Source: Macrostomum hystrix (Eukaryota > Animalia > Platyhelminthes). From it: a stretch of DNA of 64,000 nucleotides. Both the position numbers and the translations under genes were made by a program. The DNA is taken from the NCBI GenBank assembly GCA_950097015.1, contig CATNEN010000029.1, positions 2,790,001 through 2,854,000 of the forward strand, read 5' to 3'. Under the pieces are notes generated by a model. That model searched no databases and was not told the DNA's origin. It saw only the letters and a list, made by a program, of their open reading frames with translations. Numbering within the stretch: the first letter of the stretch is position 1; each line of letters begins with the position of its first letter. Positions 63,816 to 64,000 of the stretch are shown here, one piece after another.

Positions 63816-64000
63816 CTGCGGGTCGGGATTGTAATTAAAAAATGGTTAATCTTTAGTCGCGTATGATATAATAACTTTGCTATTCAACTTTGGTCAAATA
63901 AACGGGGTCATTCCAAGAATTTTAATTAGCTCACGGGACTCATTGATTGTTTAGGCAGCTCCTTAAACGCCTGCCGTTTGGAACTCGAATGACCGGCCTC

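Overview
Eukaryotic (metazoan) genomic DNA with GT-AG introns. About half of the window is short-unit tandem repeat. The repeat-filled introns and gene style suggest a free-living flatworm such as Macrostomum; this is inference only. Five spliced genes could be rebuilt by hand with consistent intron phases: (1) a rhodopsin-type peptide GPCR (+, 7175-11759); (2) a CCDC81-like coiled-coil gene (-, 18739-21816); (3) arginyl-tRNA-protein transferase ATE1 (+, 24100-27404); (4) a neuropeptide-precursor-like gene (-, 34995-35619) missed by the ORF track, made of a signal-peptide exon, a 76-nt intron and a 30-bp minisatellite encoding 15 copies of MLRDPMLD separated by KR; (5) sphingosine-1-phosphate lyase SGPL1 (-, 43948 to beyond 63815, 12 exons in the window). 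Also present are two tRNA-derived SINE-like families, a dispersed element carrying tandem RFX X-box-like/GNRA-hairpin units on both sides of the CCDC81-like gene, and about 29 unrelated mini/microsatellite arrays. Most long ORFs in the track are artefacts of these arrays. The strongest novelty candidate is the minisatellite-encoded peptide precursor, together with a second, diverged copy of its motif at about 33.0 kb. No database searches were run; family assignments come from motifs recognised by eye.
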